In this document: one piece after another, positions 10,098 through 20,805 of the stretch
Layout of the letters: each line of letters opens with the position of its first letter
Numbering within the stretch: the first letter of the stretch is position 1
Assembly (NCBI GenBank): GCA_963695095.1
Contig: CAVOFT010000001.1
Location: 544,001 to 608,000, forward strand
Direction of reading: 5' to 3'
Length of the DNA stretch: 64,000 nucleotides
Source of the DNA: an uncultured bacterium
Lineage (GTDB): Bacteria; Krumholzibacteriota; Krumholzibacteriia; JACNKJ01
Notes under the pieces: generated by a model
Seen by the model: the letters and a program-made list of their open reading frames with translations, nothing else
What the model was told of the DNA's origin: nothing
Database searches by the model: none
Position numbers and translations under genes: made by a program

Positions 10098-11500
10098 CCC
10101 CCCTCAAGTGGTCGCGATTCCTGGCCGCATGGAGTAGCCGGCTGCCTGCCGCCCTGATCTTGAGCGCCCTGGCGGCGCCCGCCCCGGCGCAACCCGCGCC
10201 GGACCCAGCTCCCGCCACGCCGGGGGCGGCCCCGGTCCTGCTCGATCAGATCGTGGCCACCGTCGACGACGAAGTCATCTTGCTCAGCGAGATCGTCGGC
10301 GACTTGCAGTTCCACGCCCTGCAGAACGGGAAGCTGCCGCCGGCGGCCGAGCAGCGCGACTTGCTCGAGCAGGCGCGGACGGGGCGCATCCAGGAGAAGC
10401 TGCTGGTCGCCAAGGCCAGGCGCGACCAGATCCAGATCGGCGATGAGGATCTGGATCAGGCCCTGGACAGTCACCTGGCCACCCTGCGCAAGCAAGCCGG
10501 CAGCGAGAGCCGCTTCCTTGCCGAGTTGGCCCGCGAAGGGCTGACCGAGCGGGATCTCCGCAAGAACCTGCGCGAGCCCATGCGGGAGCAGATGCTCGCG
10601 CAACGCGTGATCGAGCGCGTGGCCATGGAGCTGACGGTCAGCGACGAGGACCTGCAGCGCTACTACGACGAGCACAAGACCGATCCCGAGCACATTCCCC
10701 TGCGGCCGCGGGCCGTCGAGCTGTCGCACCTGGTCGTGATGCCACAGGCGGAAGCCGAGCAGGAAAACGCGCTGCGCACGCGGCTTGACGAAGCCCAGCG
10801 TCGCCTGGCCGCCGGCGAGGATTTCGGCGCCGTCGCCATTGCGCTCAGCCAGGATCCCGCCGCGGCGCGCGGCGGCGACCTGGGCTGGTGGGACTTGAAG
10901 GACATCGCGCTGCCCGAGCTGGCGCTGGCCTTGGCCAATCTCCCGCCGGGACAGCGCGTCGACGAGCTGCGCAGCGAGCAAGGCTACCACATCCTGAAAA
11001 TGGAGGAGCGCGAGGGCCAGCGCGTGCACTTCCGGCAGATCTTCTTCCCGCTGCCGTTGAGCGAGGCGGACCGCCAGGCGGCCCGCGACCGGGCCCGGGA
11101 GGCCTGGCAGCGCCTGCAGGATGGTGCGGACTGGGCCGCCACCGTCAGCAGCTACAGCGATGACGAACCGACCCGCGAGCTGGGCGGCCGCCTGCCGGTC
11201 ATCCCGGAGGAGCAGTTGGATGATCGCTACCGCAGCGTCGTCGAGGGCCTGGAGCCCGGGGAGTACTCGGGCGTCTTCCTCGGCCGGCATGGCTACCAGA
11301 TCCTGCGCCTCGAGGCCCGCGACGCCTCGAGGCCCTATGCCTTGTCCGAAGTAGCGGATCAACTGCGCGCCGAGCTTGTCGGCCGCAAGCGCAATCAGGC
11401 GATCGAGAGCTACCTGACCAGCCTCGAACAGGAGATGCTGGTGACGCGCATCGAGCTGCCGCCGCTGAGCGCGATGGCCGGCCTGGCAGAGATGAAGTGA
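10094..11500 (+). CDS. surA: SurA-like periplasmic chaperone/PPIase
   Basis: Signal peptide; DQIVATVDDEVILLSE (SurA N-terminus); two parvulin domains (GGDLGW, GYHIL; GGRL, GYQIL); ATGA overlap. Confidence 0.8.
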   Translation: MTPLKWSRFLAAWSSRLPAALILSALAAPAPAQPAPDPAPATPGAAPVLLDQIVATVDDEVILLSEIVGDLQFHALQNGKLPPAAEQRDLLEQARTGRIQEKLLVAKARRDQIQIGDEDLDQALDSHLATLRKQAGSESRFLAELAREGLTERDLRKNLREPMREQMLAQRVIERVAMELTVSDEDLQRYYDEHKTDPEHIPLRPRAVELSHLVVMPQAEAEQENALRTRLDEAQRRLAAGEDFGAVAIALSQDPAAARGGDLGWWDLKDIALPELALALANLPPGQRVDELRSEQGYHILKMEEREGQRVHFRQIFFPLPLSEADRQAARDRAREAWQRLQDGADWAATVSSYSDDEPTRELGGRLPVIPEEQLDDRYRSVVEGLEPGEYSGVFLGRHGYQILRLEARDASRPYALSEVADQLRAELVGRKRNQAIESYLTSLEQEMLVTRIELPPLSAMAGLAEMK

Positions 11501-11766
11501 GACTCGATCTCTGGCTGAGCAAGGTTTGTCTGCTCAAGAGCCGGAGCCAGGCCAAGAGCGGCTGCCAGAGTGGGAGAATCTTGCTCGGCGGGGCCCCGGT
11601 GAAGGAGAGCCGCGAATTGCACGGTGGGGAGGAGATCACCCTGATCTTTCCCCAGCGGGAAATCCGCCTGCGCGTCCTGGTCATTCCCACTGGCAATGTC
11701 AGCAAGCGGGATGCGCCAAACCACTATGAACTGCTCGAGGACCGCCCGCGCAGCGAGCTCTTCTAG
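11497..11766 (+). CDS. S4-domain RNA-binding protein (Hsp15/YabO-RqcP family)
   Basis: MRLDLWLSKVCLLKSRSQAK...GRI; 89 aa; GTGA overlap. Confidence 0.85.
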   Translation: MRLDLWLSKVCLLKSRSQAKSGCQSGRILLGGAPVKESRELHGGEEITLIFPQREIRLRVLVIPTGNVSKRDAPNHYELLEDRPRSELF

Positions 11767-11777
11767 GCTCCCCGGCA

Positions 11778-11799
11778 GCCGGCGCCCCGTGGCGCCGGC
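11778..11799. terminator. Hairpin between convergent genes
   Basis: GCCGGCGCC-ccgt-GGCGCCGGC. Confidence 0.5.
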
Positions 11800-11810
11800 C
11801 TGGCTCGGTT

Positions 11811-13793
11811 TCAAGTGCTGTCGGCGTACTTCATCGGTTGGCGCTCGCTGCGCGCCGATGCCTCATTCTTCCCGCCTCCCCGCGCCCCCGGCGCGGCGTT
11901 GCCGCCACTCGGGCCGCTAGCGCCGCCCGCGCCGCCTTCGGTCCCGCCGCCGCCCCGGCGCCGGCGTCGCGGCCGCCGTCGCCGCTCCCCTCCGCCTTCC
12001 GCAGTGGGCTGGCTTTCCTGCGGCTTGCGCTCGCCGCCCACCGCGCCAGCGCCAGGGCTGCCGCCACGGCCGCCGCTACGGCCCCCCCCACGACCGCCCC
12101 GGCCCCCCCGCTCGCCGCGCTCGCCGCGGCCCCCGCGTTCGCCGCGGCCGCGGCGCCCACCGTCCCCGCGGCCACCCTCATGGCCGTCATCATCCTCACG
12201 CGCCCGCTGTCGGTAGTATTCCTTGCGGCGCTCGCGGCGCTCGTTGGCGATGCGGCGCATCTCCTCGTCGGAGGCGCCCTCATAGCCGCGGTTACGGGCG
12301 AGCGACCACTTCAGAAGGGGGGGTGTCATCAGGGTGGTCAGGATGACCATGATCACGACAGCGCCGTAGGTTGCCTCCCCGACGATCCGCTCACCCGCGA
12401 CCACCAGTCCCATGCCGATGCTCGCGAAGATGAGCCCTACCTCGCCCCGGGGGATCATGCCGAAGCCCACGGAGAGCCGGTCCAAACCGCGCTCAAGCAC
12501 GCCCAGCGAGCAGAGCTGCTTGCCGATGATGGCGGCCGCGGTGAGCGCGGCCGCGAGTCCGAGGATCTCGGGCCGCGCGAAATGCACGAGGTCGACTTTG
12601 TAACCCATGTGGACGAAGAAGATGGGCACCAGGAAGCCGGCCAGGGGCCGCAGGAGTTCCTCCAGGCTCCGCTGCTCGCGCTGCCGGAGCTCGGCATAGT
12701 GCAGTTCGTCGAGAATCAAGCCCGCGGCGAAAGCGCCGACGATGGTTGCCAGCCCGATCTTGTTCGCCAGGTAGCTGAGCGCGAAGAGGAAGACCAGGCT
12801 GGTCGTGAGCAGTAGATGCTCGCCGCGCAGCTTGCTCGCCAGACGGAAGAGCCGCGGAGACAACCACTGGCCGACAAGGAGCGCCCCGGCCAGGAAGAGC
12901 AGGGCCTTGCCGATGATCCACGCCACGCCCAGCGCCGGGAGCGAGGCGCCGCCCGAGTTCGCGGCGACGATGACGCCGGAGACCACGGCCAGGATGACCA
13001 GCCCGACGATGTCGTCGATAACTGCCGCGCCGAGGATGATCCGGCTCTCGCGCAGGTTCACCTTGCCGAGGTCCTTCAGCACGCGGGCCGTGATGCCGAC
13101 GCTGGTGGCGGTCAGAATCGCTCCCAGGAAGACGTGCACGTAGACCGAAGCTTCGGGCAGCAGCAGCCGGCCAACGCCCCAGCCGAGCAGGAAGGGGGCG
13201 ATGACGCCCAGCAGGGCCACCAGCAGGCTGGAAGGTCCGACCCGCAGCATATCCCGGAGATTGCTCTCCAGGCCGACCTCGAACAGGAGCAGGATCACGC
13301 CGATCTCACCCAGGATTTCGATGATCTTCTCTGCCGGCAGGCTGCCGAAGACCGGCGCCGCGAAGAGCCGCTCGACGCCCGGAAAGCCGAAGAGGACGAG
13401 GTTGCCGAGCAGAACCCCGACCAGGAGCTCGCCGAGCACGCTGGGCTGGCCGAGCCGCTCCAGCGCCGCGCCGCCGAGCCGGGCGGCGAGGATGATGACC
13501 AGAAGCAGGGCGAGCACGGGTACGACGGGGCTGCTGTGCCCGCCGGCGGTCTCGCCATGGGCAGTGCTGCCCTCGGCGCCGTCGTGAGTGCCGGCATCGC
13601 CCGAGGCCCCTTGGCCTGCCAGGGCGACACCCTCCCCTTCCGCAGACGGCGTCACCGCGGCAACCCCCTCGGAAGCCAGGACTTGCGAGGCTTGGGCTGC
13701 CTGTGGCTGGAAGACATCCAGCGCACACCATCCGGCCGCGACGAGCGCGATCGTCAAGATCAGCGCTACGCCGCCCAGGCGGAGTGTCCGCAT
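11811..13793 (-). CDS. Cation:proton antiporter (CPA2/NapA-like) with RGG-rich C-terminal tail
   Basis: GQPSVLGELLVG, LLFEVGLES, ATSVGITARVL, GAAVIDD, GMIPRGEV; ATG 13793 after AAAGGAG. Confidence 0.92.
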   Translation of the reverse strand: MRTLRLGGVALILTIALVAAGWCALDVFQPQAAQASQVLASEGVAAVTPSAEGEGVALAGQGASGDAGTHDGAEGSTAHGETAGGHSSPVVPVLALLLVIILAARLGGAALERLGQPSVLGELLVGVLLGNLVLFGFPGVERLFAAPVFGSLPAEKIIEILGEIGVILLLFEVGLESNLRDMLRVGPSSLLVALLGVIAPFLLGWGVGRLLLPEASVYVHVFLGAILTATSVGITARVLKDLGKVNLRESRIILGAAVIDDIVGLVILAVVSGVIVAANSGGASLPALGVAWIIGKALLFLAGALLVGQWLSPRLFRLASKLRGEHLLLTTSLVFLFALSYLANKIGLATIVGAFAAGLILDELHYAELRQREQRSLEELLRPLAGFLVPIFFVHMGYKVDLVHFARPEILGLAAALTAAAIIGKQLCSLGVLERGLDRLSVGFGMIPRGEVGLIFASIGMGLVVAGERIVGEATYGAVVIMVILTTLMTPPLLKWSLARNRGYEGASDEEMRRIANERRERRKEYYRQRAREDDDGHEGGRGDGGRRGRGERGGRGERGERGGRGGRGGGRSGGRGGSPGAGAVGGERKPQESQPTAEGGGERRRRPRRRRRGGGGTEGGAGGASGPSGGNAAPGARGGGKNEASARSERQPMKYADST

Positions 13794-13884
13794 GCCGTCT
13801 CCTTTGCAGGACTTGGGTCCAGGCTGGGCCCAGAAACCTAAACCCTTTTCAAGTTTTGGGTTGCATGCATGGGCCACGGACCAC

Positions 13885-13913
13885 AGGGTAAGCGGGCCCC
13901 CGGGTGTCGTCAA
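13885..13913 (-). promoter_or_regulatory. sigma70-type promoter for the antiporter
   Basis: Minus strand TTGACG-17 bp-TACCCT. Confidence 0.45.
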
Positions 13914-14014
13914 GAAATGTCCTGGTCCTGCCGCCCGAAACTAGGGCCTAGCGCCAAGCGTAGTGCGGTTCAGTTAGCCTTCGTTTATCTCACAACCGAA
14001 ACGGAAGTGCCGCG

Positions 14015-15109
14015 ATGAACACCCGCAGCCTCCTGCTCGCCCTTGGACTACTGGTCGGCGCCGCTGCCGCGCTGGCCGATGCGGACTACAGCAAGGACAT
14101 CGTCCGCAAGTTCGATGAAGGCAGCGTGGACAGCCTCCGACTGGAGAACCTGGCTGGCCGCCTCTTCCTTGAGCGCGCCAGCGGGACGGCGTTGGAGATG
14201 CGGGCCACTGTGCGCGCCGACGGCTTCGACGGGATGGCGGCCCGCGAGGTGGCCCAGCTCCTCGATCTCCGCATCGAGCGGGACGGCAAGGGAATCCTCA
14301 TCAAGGCCGTCTACCCGCTCGATCGCTACGGCCGCATCCGCTACGGCGATGCCGAGGGAGGCTTGTTCTCCGGTACCACCCAGGCGCGAATCGACGGCCG
14401 CAGGGTGAAGATCAGCATGGGCCGCAAGGGCGATGGCTTGCCGCTCTGGGCCGACTTCCACCTGAGGGTGCCGGCGGGAGTGGCCTGCGATCTGCGCCAG
14501 CTCGTCGGCGCTGTCAAACTGGAAGGGCTGGCCGGCGATCTGCGCGTCGACTGCGCAAGTGCGGAGATTTCGGCCCTGCGTCACGAGGGCGACTTGTGGG
14601 TGGACAGCGGCAGCGGCAACATCCGGGTGGAGACCCTGCGCGGCAACCTGACTCTCGATACCGGGAGCGGCGACATCAAGGTGGAGGACCTCGTGGGGGA
14701 CTTCCGCGGGGACACGGGCAGCGGCGACATCCTGCTTCAGAAGGCTAGCGGTGAGAGGCTTCACGCCGACACGGGCAGCGGCGACGTCCTGCTCAGCGAT
14801 GCGAGCTACCCGCAACTGGGCATCGATACCGGCAGCGGCGACGTGCGCGTCGGCTCGCTGCTGGGGACGCTGCGGCGCTGGCAGGTCGATACCGGCAGCG
14901 GCGACGTGGTCTTTCTCCTGCCCGCGGCGGGCAGCTCCTTCCGCCTCGAAGTCGACAGCAGCAGCGGCGAGGTGGAGTGCGGCTTCCCCACCCGGGATGT
15001 GCGCCTCGAGCGCGGCCGCATTCGTGCCCTGACCGTGGGCGATGGCCAGGGGATCATCCTCGTGGACACGGGCAGCGGGGATATATCGCTGATTGCGAAT
15101 GGGGACTGA
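14015..15109 (+). CDS. DUF4097-family beta-strand-repeat exported protein
   Basis: Signal peptide; about 8 D(T/S)GSGD-like repeats. Confidence 0.85.
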   Translation: MNTRSLLLALGLLVGAAAALADADYSKDIVRKFDEGSVDSLRLENLAGRLFLERASGTALEMRATVRADGFDGMAAREVAQLLDLRIERDGKGILIKAVYPLDRYGRIRYGDAEGGLFSGTTQARIDGRRVKISMGRKGDGLPLWADFHLRVPAGVACDLRQLVGAVKLEGLAGDLRVDCASAEISALRHEGDLWVDSGSGNIRVETLRGNLTLDTGSGDIKVEDLVGDFRGDTGSGDILLQKASGERLHADTGSGDVLLSDASYPQLGIDTGSGDVRVGSLLGTLRRWQVDTGSGDVVFLLPAAGSSFRLEVDSSSGEVECGFPTRDVRLERGRIRALTVGDGQGIILVDTGSGDISLIANGD

Positions 15110-15392
15110 AGCGAGCCCCGCGCTCGCCCGGACCCTGACCTCCCAGGGCGGCGCCTCAAGGCGCCGCTTTCCGTTGCGCCGCAGCCGCAGCGGGCGTGAC
15201 GAGTCCGCGATCCTCACTCGGAGTCCCCGGTCGCAGGACATCATCAACGTCTTGACGATTCTGCAATATGGGCTAGTCTTATCGACGCTGACCTGGAAGA
15301 TGAGCAGGTTCAACCAGCCCGGACCGCCAGTATCGCCCCGATCAGCCTCGGCGGGGCTCCAAGCCTGGCAGGGTGGTCCACGGAGGAACAGC

Positions 15393-15944
15393 ATGAGCGA
15401 GTCGTCGCGCGTGGATTCCCGCTTGGCCACGATTCAGGTCAGGGGGGAGGTCATCCTCGCCATTCTCGAGAGCACGCGCAGTCTCGGCGATGCGGCGCTC
15501 AAGATCCTCGGTCGCCACCACATCACCGAAGTCGCGGCGGGGCGCTGGTACCCGCTGGATCGACTCCTGGCGGTCCTGGCCGAGATCGAAGCTTCAATGA
15601 CCGACACGACGCTCTACACGATCGGCCACAAGATCCACCGCAATGCCGTGTTGCCTGGCGAGTACGGCGACTTCCGCGAAGCCCTGGCCCGCATCGATGA
15701 GGCCTACCATCTCAACCATCAGGGCGGGGACATCGGCCACTATGCCTTCCAGCAAACCACGCCTCGCCAGGTGCTCGTCGTCTCGACCAGCCTCTACCCT
15801 TGCGAGTTCGATCGCGGCGTCGTGCACGGCTTCGCCGGCTACGCGCGACCGGCTGAGATCCAGCGCCTGAGCGTCAGCCACGATTCTCAAGCCCCCTGCC
15901 GGCGCCGGGACGGCGCGAGCTGCACCTACAGCGTGGACTGGTAG
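15393..15944 (+). CDS. Stand-alone V4R/HNOB-like small-ligand sensor protein
   Basis: ATG after GGAGG; WYPL, AYHLNHQGGDIGHY, YPCEFDRG, CRRRDGASCTYSVDW; upstream TTGACG-16 bp-TAGTCT at 15252-15279. Confidence 0.6.
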   Translation: MSESSRVDSRLATIQVRGEVILAILESTRSLGDAALKILGRHHITEVAAGRWYPLDRLLAVLAEIEASMTDTTLYTIGHKIHRNAVLPGEYGDFREALARIDEAYHLNHQGGDIGHYAFQQTTPRQVLVVSTSLYPCEFDRGVVHGFAGYARPAEIQRLSVSHDSQAPCRRRDGASCTYSVDW

Positions 15945-15985
15945 GGTCCGTTGCGGGGTGCGCCGCCCCGTGCTAGGCTCGCCGC

Positions 15986-17128
15986 ATGGCCCACGCCCTC
16001 CATTTCCGCGGGAATCCCCGGCTGCGCGCCCAGCTCGAGCAGGCCTTGACCTCCGGCCGGCTGGCCGGGAGCTACCTCTTCGAGGGCGCCGACGGCGCCG
16101 GGCAGGAGCAGGCGGCGATCGAGTTGGCCGCCGGGGTCATCGTCGGCGACACGGATCTCGCCAATCCCGCTGCCCGCCGCGTTCGCCGCTACGCCCATCC
16201 CGATCTGCACTATGTCCTGCCGGTTCTCAAGCCCGGCAGCAGGTCCTGGGACGACATGAAGGTGGAGGAGATCTTCGATCTCTTCCGCGAGGAGCAGGCG
16301 CGCAAGGCCGAGGATCCCTATGCTCAGCCGGAATATGACCGGCAGCCCCGCATTCCCATCCGGGCCCTGCGGGAGCTGTTGACCCTGCTCTACACCAAGC
16401 CCTACGAGGGCCACGGCAAGGCCGTCATCATTCGAGACGCGGACTTCATTGACGCTGCCGGACAGGATGCCCTGCTCAAGACGCTCGAGGAGCCGCCGCC
16501 GGGGCGAGTGATCATCCTGATCAGCTCGCGGCCGGAGGCACTGCGGCCCACCGTTCTCAGCCGCTGCCAGCGGCTGCCCTTCGATCCCCTGCCCAGGGCC
16601 GATATCCTGGCCGTGCTCGCCGAGCGCGGCCTCGTCGGTCCCCGCGCCGAGCTGCTGGCCACCCTGGCCGACGGCAGCGTGGACGCAGCCGTGCAGCTTG
16701 CGGCCGCCGAGGTCGAGACGGCCGACGAACCCAATCGGATCCTGGCCCGCCGCGAGACCTGGCTCGAACTCATCGAGATCTGCGAGCTGGGCAGCGAACT
16801 CGAGCAGCTCGATGCGTTGCAGGCCTTCGTGCGCGGCGCCGGTCGCGACAACGTCACCCGCGAGCGGGCGGATTTCCTCGGCTTGGCCGTCAGCTGGTAT
16901 CACGAGTTGCTGGGGCTGGCCCTGGGTGCCGGGGAACCCCGCTTGCACATCGACCAGAGCGAACGGCTCGCGCGCCAGGCGGGTCTGAGTGCGCTGGCCC
17001 TGATCGAGCGGATCCAGCGCTGCGAAAAGGCGCGCCGGCAGATTCTCGGCTACGCGAATGCTCAGCTCACGCTGTTGAGCCTCTTCTTCAGTTTTCGGCA
17101 GGGCGCTCTCGCCCGCCGGGCCAGCTGA
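15986..17128 (+). CDS. holB: DNA polymerase III delta' subunit
   Basis: SYLFEG, HPDLH, DALLKTLEEPP, PTVLSRCQ; upstream of tatD. Confidence 0.85.
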   Translation: MAHALHFRGNPRLRAQLEQALTSGRLAGSYLFEGADGAGQEQAAIELAAGVIVGDTDLANPAARRVRRYAHPDLHYVLPVLKPGSRSWDDMKVEEIFDLFREEQARKAEDPYAQPEYDRQPRIPIRALRELLTLLYTKPYEGHGKAVIIRDADFIDAAGQDALLKTLEEPPPGRVIILISSRPEALRPTVLSRCQRLPFDPLPRADILAVLAERGLVGPRAELLATLADGSVDAAVQLAAAEVETADEPNRILARRETWLELIEICELGSELEQLDALQAFVRGAGRDNVTRERADFLGLAVSWYHELLGLALGAGEPRLHIDQSERLARQAGLSALALIERIQRCEKARRQILGYANAQLTLLSLFFSFRQGALARRAS

Positions 17129-17150
17129 CCATGCCGGAGGACGCGCCACG

Positions 17151-17909
17151 GTGATCGACAGCCATGCCCACCTGCATCTGGCCGACTTCGCGGCCGACCG
17201 CGATGAAGTGATGGCCCGCTTGCGCGCGGTCGGCGTGCGCAAGGTGCTCGAGGTGGGCATCGATCGCGCGGGCGCCGCACAGGCCCTGGCCCTGGCTGCC
17301 GTCTACCCCGAGCTGCGCGTGGCCGTGGGCTGCCATCCTCACGAGGCGGTCGCCTGGGACGAGGACTTCGCGCGGGCTTTGCGCGACTGGGCAGACCATC
17401 CGCGCGTGCTGGCCCTGGGCGAGCTGGGCCTGGACCACTACCGGGACTATGCCCCGCGGCCCGTCCAGGAGCGGGCCTTCCGCGAGCAGCTCGGCCTGGG
17501 CCGGGAGCTGGATCTGCCCGTCGTCTTCCACGTGCGGGCCGCCGAGGCGGACTTCCTGCGCGTCCTCGACGAGGAGGGCGCCCCGCGGCGGGCCGTGCTC
17601 CACGCCTTCAGCCACGGGGCCGACTTCGCCGCCGCCTGTCTCGCGCGCGGCTTCTGGCTGGGCATCGGCGGCATTCTCACCTACCCGCGCAGCAGCCTGC
17701 CGGAGCTGCTGCGCGAGGTGCCGGTGACGCGCATCCTCCTGGAGACGGATTGCCCCTGGCTGCCTCCGGTGCCGCACCGGGGGCGCCGCAACGAACCGGC
17801 CTACCTCGTCCATGTCCTGGAGCGGCTGGCCGATCTCTACGCCATGGCGCCGGCCGCCCTGGAGTCGCGCCTGGACGCCAACTTCGCCGATTTCTGCGGG
17901 GAACCCTGA
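17151..17909 (+). CDS. tatD: TatD-family DNase
   Basis: IDSHAHL, GCHPH, GELGLD, LETDCPWL, RGRRNEP. Confidence 0.93.
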   Translation: MIDSHAHLHLADFAADRDEVMARLRAVGVRKVLEVGIDRAGAAQALALAAVYPELRVAVGCHPHEAVAWDEDFARALRDWADHPRVLALGELGLDHYRDYAPRPVQERAFREQLGLGRELDLPVVFHVRAAEADFLRVLDEEGAPRRAVLHAFSHGADFAAACLARGFWLGIGGILTYPRSSLPELLREVPVTRILLETDCPWLPPVPHRGRRNEPAYLVHVLERLADLYAMAPAALESRLDANFADFCGEP

Positions 17910-17914
17910 GTAGG

Positions 17915-18749
17915 ATGTCGAAGCTCGTGCCGGGAGATGGGCCGCTCAGGCCCCGCAAAGCGCTGGGCCAGAACTTCCTGCGCGACCCGAACCTGATCCG
18001 CAAGATCGTGGCGGCGGTGGACCCGCGGCCGGGCGACCTGGTCCTCGAGTACGGCTGCGGGACCGGCGCCCTCACGCGGCCGCTCGTGGCCAGCGGGGCG
18101 CGCGTGATCGGCGTCGAGGTGGACGAGGACCTGCTCGCCCGCCTGGCGGCGGATCCCGCTCTGGCAGGCCTGGAGCTGCGCAGCGAGGGCCTCGAACAGC
18201 TCCCGCCGGCCAGCGTGGCGGAGGCGGCGGGCGTCGCGCGGCTCAAGCTGGTGGGGAACCTGCCCTATCAGCTCAGCTCGGTGGCCCTGTTCGCGGCCGT
18301 CGAGGACTGGCACTGCGTGGAGCGGGTGGTCTTCATGCTGCAGCGCGAGGTGGCCGAGCGGATTCTCGAGGCGCCCGGCAGCCGGCGCTACGGCATCCTG
18401 CCCGCGCTCCTGCAAGCCCGATTCAAGGTGGAGAAGGTGCTGGACGCCGGTCCGCGCGCCTTCTTTCCGTCGCCCGAGGTGAAGAGCCGCGTGCTGTCGC
18501 CTGACGCCGCTGGATGCGCCCCGCGTCGCCGCCGCCGACTGGCCGGCCTACCGGGCGCTGGTCAAGACGCTCTTCCGCGAGCGGCGCAAGCAGCTCGGCA
18601 CCCTGCTGAGAAAGTTCTACGCGGTGGACGAGGCCTTTCTGGTAGAAATGGAGGCCCGGGACGGCCTCTGTCCGACCCGGCGTCCGGAAACGCTGAGCAT
18701 CGACGAGCTGGCCCGACTGGCCGGCCGCCTGCATCGGATGCCCTCGTGA
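17915..18749 (+). CDS. rsmA: 16S rRNA dimethyladenosine transferase (one frameshift near 18498)
   Basis: KALGQNFL, VLEYGCGTGALT, VGNLPY, MLQREVAER; after removing one base it continues RLTPL...FRERRKQL...RRPETLSIDELARL to TGA 18747-18749. Confidence 0.9.
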
Positions 18750-20805
18750 ACCTGTCCGTCCGCCATGCGCTCCGCTCTCTCGTCTTGGCCGCGCTGCTGG
18801 CGCTGGTGGGTCTCGCCCTCCCGCGCCAGGCGCTGGCCCAGATGAGCGAAGCGGCCGCCGACAGCCTGCGCGAGGCCGTCATCGCCGCCTTTGCGGCCGC
18901 CGGCGACAGCTTGACGCCGGCCCAGGCGGACAGCATCCTGGCCCTCGACGCCGGTCAGCCGCCCGCCCAGCCGGCGGGGGGCAGGCGCCGATCCTCGGCG
19001 GGGGCCTGCGTCCGGTCTTCAAGAGCGACACCCGCGTGCTGGACAGCCGCGTCGACGTGAGCAACGAGATGCGCCTCAGCACGGGCTTTCCCAGCACCTG
19101 GGCGGTGGGCGGCCGCATCTACTACGACCGCACGCTGCCGCGCGAGCTGAGTCGCGAGGGCGTGCGCACGGGCTTCTCGCTCGACACCAGCCGCCGCCTG
19201 CTGGGGGCCATTCCGCTCGCGCTGAGCGCCGAGCGCAGCTATCAGCTCGACGAGCAGAACAAGGGGCAGCCGACCTATCGCCGGGACATCGGCGAGATGG
19301 ACCGGGTGGGAGTCGTGGCCAGCGGCGCTCGGCGCCTGACCCCCTGGCTGGCGGCCAACATGAATACCGCAGCCGGCGCTTCCGCATCCGTCGCGAGCAA
19401 CAACCAGAGCCTCGATCGCACGAGCGAGGACCTGAGCCAGCAGCTCGGCGGGCACCTGGATCTGGCGCCCGGCCGCGGGCTGGCGGTGACCGCGGGCTAT
19501 TCGGGCACTTCCGTGCTTTCTGCCGCCGAGTTGAACCAGGAGCAGCGGAACATCCGCAGCACGCAGGATTCGCTGCAGCTGAGGACGGAGTACAAGCCGA
19601 ACAAGCGCATCAGCATCGGCATCGTGGGCGGGCGGCTGGAGAGGGTCGCCGAGTCCCTGGACTTCGTCCGCAACGAGTACAATCTCGTGGAAGACAGCAC
19701 GAAGCTCGATGTCGTGAAGACGCGCGACACGGGAGTGGGGGGGCGCGCCTCCCTGGAGTTCGCGCCCTGGGATCGGCTCAACATCAACGCCAGCCTCAGG
19801 GCCCAGCGCGATGAGCGTCGGGTGGCGGGCGAGTTTCTCGCCTACACCACGAAGGACAAGGACGGCGAGCAGGGCGAGCTCCAGCTGCAGTCCAAGATCA
19901 AGCCCTGGCGCGGCCTGATCGCGGATGTCGGCTACAAGAAGAGCGAGATTCGCAGCGCGGATTTCACGGCGGACAAGCGCCAGCTCAACCAGGAGTTCTC
20001 CGTCAAGGGCACGCAGGAGCTGAACAGGGGCTTCAAGCTCTCCGGCGAGGCCTTCTTTCTCCTCACCCAGGAGCTCTACGTCGACGGCAAGCAGGACCGC
20101 GACAAGGCCCAGACGCGCCTGTCGGGCACCGTCAGCGGCCAGGCGGCGCCCTGGCTGAAGGCGAGCAGCACCCTGCAGTGGTTCCAGAACCAGGACGTGC
20201 TGATCCCCTCGGCCAACTCGGTGGCCAGCAAGGACAAAAACTCGCTATCGTGGAAGGGGGACCTGGACTACACCTTCCGGTCCCGCTACAAGGTCTCTCA
20301 GCGCTGCGAGGTGAGCGTCACCGAGGAGGACTTCTACTTCACGCCGGACAAGAATTCGCTCAGCCGCGACTACCTGCTGCTGACCAGCTCCCTGATCCCG
20401 ATTGCCGGCAAGATGAGCCTTGATTTCGCGCATGAATTCCGTAAACGTGAATCCGGCAACTACTTGCCGGATCCCAGCGATCCCCGGGGCCCCAAGGTCT
20501 TCTACCGGGACTCGCGCACCAAGACGGAGATCCTCCGCCTGGGCATGAGCTATGCCTTCCGGGACTACCTCAGAATCACCTGCGATGAGGAGATCGGTCG
20601 CGACGTGGACTTCGACTACCGGGAGCTACTCCAGCAGATTTCCACCTACGGCACTCTGAATTTCGGCCTGAGCTTCAACCAGAAGTTCGGCAGCGGCGGC
20701 AGCATCGACGCCAAGCTCGCCCACCGAGCCCGCTTCGGTAGCTTCGTCCGCGAAAACCAGCGCAGCCTCTGGCTTCCCACCCTATCCATCGGGTATACTT
20801 TCTGA
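18746..20805 (+). CDS. Large outer-membrane beta-barrel protein of unknown function (frameshift in G-run near 18980)
   Basis: GTG overlapping rsmA stop; signal peptide ending ALA-Q; alternating beta-strand pattern; C-terminus LSIGYTF. Confidence 0.7.

Noticed and set aside
14600..15085. Recurring GACACGGGCAGCGGCGAC-like DNA repeats resembling a CRISPR array
   Set aside because: In-frame coding repeats (DTGSGD) of the DUF4097 protein with synonymous variation
17750..19060. Apparent RsmA fusion to a signal-peptide protein
   Set aside because: Artefact of a +1 indel near 18498 joining rsmA to the frame of the next gene
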